Positions 60,219-64,000 of a DNA stretch of 64,000 nt are shown here, piece by piece (the stretch's first letter is position 1; each line of letters starts with the position of its first letter). The DNA lies in the NCBI GenBank assembly GCA_051294375.1, contig CM119263.1, positions 15,165,374 through 15,229,373 on the forward strand. Direction: 5' to 3'. The position numbers were made by a program, and so were the translations under genes. This DNA is from Paraspadella gotoi. Taxonomy: Eukaryota > Animalia > Chaetognatha. The notes under the pieces are model-generated. The model saw only the letters and a list, made by a program, of their open reading frames with translations. It was not told the origin of the DNA and ran no database searches.

Positions 60219-63200
60219 AAAAGGGTTAGTTTGTTTGATTCTTGACAATGAAGGATTTCCCTCTGATGGAATTGTTTATCTGCAACATTGATCATCGTCG
60301 CTAATTTCTATTTTCGATTCGAGAATCAAAAAATGAAGGCGGCAATTAGGGAAATTTTCAAAACAAAAGCTTTCGTCTCTCTCTCTCTTTTTTCTTTTTT
60401 CGATCATGCTTCCCAATCCAACATTTTTTTTGCAATAGCTTTCTACTGAATAATATGTATAATTGTATAAATGTAAATGTATAATATTGTATATATTAAT
60501 CAACCCTCNNNNNNNNNNNNNNNNNNNNNNNNNNNNNNNNNNNNNNNNNNNNNNNNNNNNNNNNNNNNNNNNNNNNNNNNNNNNNNNNNNNNNNNNNNNN
60601 NNNNNNNNNNNNNNNNNNNNNNNNNNNNNNNNNNNNNNNNNNNNNNNNNNNNNNNNNNNNNNNNNNNNNNNNNNNNNNNNNNNNNNNNNNNNNNNNNNNN
60701 NNNNNNNNNNNNNNNNNNNNNNNNNNNNNNNNNNNNNNNNNNNNNNNNNNNNNNNNGATCCGCCGCCCAACGAGCTGATATTCAAATGAGATCGAGAGCG
60801 CAGTTAAGGGAAAAAAAGAAAACGGGGCGAGAGAAAGAAAAAAAAATGAAGAAATTAGGAGGAGAGACGGAAAGAAAGAAAGAAAGAGAGAGAGAAAGAG
60901 GAGATAAAAGGAAAGAATAGCGCGGGAAGCTCTAGAAACCGGGAGGGGGGGAGAGAAAAGAGAGGCCCCGGGGGCGGTCCGAAGGGGCCAGGAGGTTCGC
61001 CCCTGGGGCAGTTGGGGCGGCCGTNNNNNNNNNNNNNNNNNNNNNNNNNNNNNNNNNNNNNNNNNNNNNNNNNNNNNNNNNNNNNNNNNNNNNNNNNNNN
61101 NNNNNNNNNNNNNNNNNNNNNNNNNNNNNNNNNNNNNNNNNNNNNNNNNNNNNNNNNNNNNNNNNNNNNNNNNNNNNNNNNNNNNNNNNNNNNNNNNNNN
61201 NNNNNNNNNNNNNNNNNNNNNNNNNNNNNNNNNNNNNNNNNNNNNNNNNNNNNNNNNNNNNNNNNNNNNNNNNNNNNNNNNNNNNNNNNNNNNNNNNNNN
61301 NNNNNNNNNNNNNNNNNNNNNNNNNNNNNNNNNNNNNNNNNNNNNNNNNNNNNNNNNNNNNNNNNNNNNNNNNNNNNNNNNNNNNNNNNNNNNNNNNNNN
61401 NNNNNNNNNNNNNNNNNNNNNNNNNNNNNNNNNNNNNNNNNNNNNNNNNNNNNNNNNNNNNNNNNNNNNNNNNNNNNNNNNNNNNNNNNNNNNNNNNNNN
61501 NNNNNNNNNNNNNNNNNNNNNNNNNNNNNNNNNNNNNNNNNNNNNNNNNNNNNNNNNNNNNNNNNNNNNNNNNNNNNNNNNNNNNNNNNNNNNNNNNNNN
61601 NNNNNNNNNNNNNNNNNNNNNNNNNNNNNNNNNNNNNNNNNNNNNNNNNNNNNNNNNNNNNNNNNNNNNNNNNNNNNNNNNNNNNNNNNNNNNNNNNNNN
61701 NNNNNNNNNNNNNNNNNNNNNNNNNNNNNNNNNNNNNNNNNNNNNNNNNNNNNNNNNNNNNNNNNNNNNNNNNNNNNNNNNNNNNNNNNNNNNNNNNNNN
61801 NNNNNNNNNNNNNNNNNNNNNNNNNNNNNNNNNNNNNNNNNNNNNNNNNNNNNNNNNNNNNNNNNNNNNNNNNNNNNNNNNNNAGGGTGGGTGGTCATTA
61901 AGGGTCTTCGCGTGCGTTGCGATGGACAGAGGCGTGGTTATCTTTACTGGAGGGAGAGGAAGGGGGGGGGAGAACGGCGAGAAACTCATTTTTAAAGACA
62001 TAAATATATATTGCGAGGAAAAGGGGGTAAATAATGAACGTCGAGAAAAGGTCGCTGATTGTGTTTAGACTTTCGCTACTGTTTTTGGGAAGCAACGTTA
62101 AGACAACGAAACCGATTCCGACAGACATATCGAACGATATTCATGACCAAAAAAAAATGATTACTAAGCAAAATAAATAAATCACTTGTTCTCTTAAATA
62201 ATGACCTAATCATTGAAACCCTTAACGCCGCCCGAAAGAGAAAAAAACTTTTTTTTATTCTCCATGATTATTTTTAAAAATCGCTGATTTTCGGCTCAGA
62301 ACCAAGCACTCGACCAAGCACTCGACTCGCGTCTCGAAACACCAACCAAGTTTCATTACGACGCCAGAGTTTCTCTTTTTTTTTATTCTTTTTCTTAATT
62401 TTTCTTTCTTAATTTGCTTCGGTTTTCTTTAACCACACATTCACCACCCAACGCGCCTGTGCGGCCCAACTTACCCCCTCCTCCTTTTTTCNNNNNNNNN
62501 NNNNNNNNNNNNNNNNNNNNNNNNNNNNNNNNNNNNNNNNNNNNNNNNNNNNNNNNNNNNNNNNNNNNNNNNNNNNNNNNNNNNNNNNNNNNNNNNNNNN
62601 NNNNNNNNNNNNNNNNNNNNNNNNNNNNNNNNNNNNNNNNNNNNNNNNNNNNNNNNNNNNNNNNNNNNNNNNNNNNNNNNNNNNNNNNNNNNNNNNNNNN
62701 NNNNNNNNNNNNNNNNNNNNNNNNNNNNNNNNNNNNNNNNNNNNNNNNNNNNNNNNNNNNNNNNNNNNNNNNNNNNNNNNNNNNNNNNNNNNNNNNNNNN
62801 NNNNNNNNNNGAGAGTCACCGAATAGACGGATTAGAGTGAATAGCGCGCTGCGAATAGTGTGAATACCGATTAGTTCGAGGCGATGAAAGGTGAGGAATG
62901 GGTAAAGAGATTTCTCGGATGAATGAAGGGTGCCGCTGAACGGAAGTCGGGTCCCGCGAAGATAACGTAGGAGGGGGAGGTTAGACGACTCCATATTACG
63001 ATCTCGAACGGGTGTTGCCGGTCGTTGCCAAGTTACGAGAATCAATTTCATCGATCAACGACCATTTATCAAAATTACCCGTCGCTCGTTTGCATTTTAA
63101 TTTTTTTCACGATCGAGTCTTTGAGCAAATTGAATTCGGAACCGAGTCGCAGTTATTTCATTCCCAATCTACCCAATGATCCGCGATGTTTTCTGGCTTC

Positions 63201-64000
63201 TTCTCTCGGCCACGTACGCATTGTCCGCGTTTCCGCGTCCACGTAAAAGCTGGTTTCGCTCTCTCAAGCCCGCACACGTCCTTCTCTCACGTTCCTCCTT
63301 TTTTGCCTCACGAGCGACCGCCGGCCTAATCCGTGAGTCAGTTCGTGAATCTCGATTTTATCACCTCTCGTCGAATCGTGAATTCACAAAAAAAAGTAGC
63401 GGCGATAAAATTTGTGCGAAGAAAAATAGTCTGATCGTGAGGCGATAAGACTTTGCGATTCAAGGCGGTGAATACGAAGACGAAGAGGGAAGGAAAGAAA
63501 AAAGGTGAAAACCAGAAAGTCTATCTGAAATGAATAGGATATTGCGAATGCGAAGACTTCAATGGAAACTGGGAACGAAAGAATACTGGTGATAGAAGAA
63601 TAGAAATGTCCAACGTTGGCCGAAATCGTGAGACCATTCGTTTCTCTCTATACACACAGCCAGCCCGAATATCTTTTGAACCCGGGTTTATTGAGTTAAC
63701 GGAATGTGTCTCGCCTCCGCCCACTTTACTTTTTTATTCTTTTTTTTTTTTTTTATTATATAGTAAATAGAAAAGAATAAGGAAGTTAAGAAAGAGTCAA
63801 TATAAAAAATTTTTAACATATAAAAAAACGACAGTACTAATACAACTGCAATCAGCCTTTACGGAGGATTTTTTAAAAAAACAGCTTTGTGTCGGAACGA
63901 AAATTAAAAGTTTTCTCGTAAATTCTTTGACGGTGAAATACGCTTTTTCATATGAAAATGTAATTCCTTCTTGTTCTAATTTAATCATAGATTATTCTTA

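Overview
Eukaryotic draft-assembly window, probably from an invertebrate (inferred, not proven). It is dominated by (AG/CT)n and (ACG/CGT)n microsatellites and many N gaps; eight of the gaps are exactly 25 N. Several multi-kb blocks occur twice and differ mostly by scattered 1-nt indels, which suggests uncorrected long-read gap filling. Nearly all ORFs in the supplied track are artefacts of simple repeats or N runs. One gene is recognisable by motif: a frameshifted, spliced minus-strand gene (~10028-12770) of the uncharacterised glycosyltransferase-like family with WRxLP..DP / SRDxDS / HxMRD..H.VPILGGMxG / DQ / HDSYxC / CPxxCRP..DW..C motifs. Its long intron carries a compact multi-hairpin element with partial HDV-like ribozyme topology and one copy of a ~200-250 bp dispersed repeat. 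Other items are a convergent mucin-like candidate gene, a dimeric G-rich minisatellite, a foldback-like element made of inverted 17-bp arrays, a probable missed-adapter palindrome and several weak orphan exon candidates. I found no tRNA, rRNA, CRISPR or intact transposase/RT. No novel system can be established from the sequence alone.
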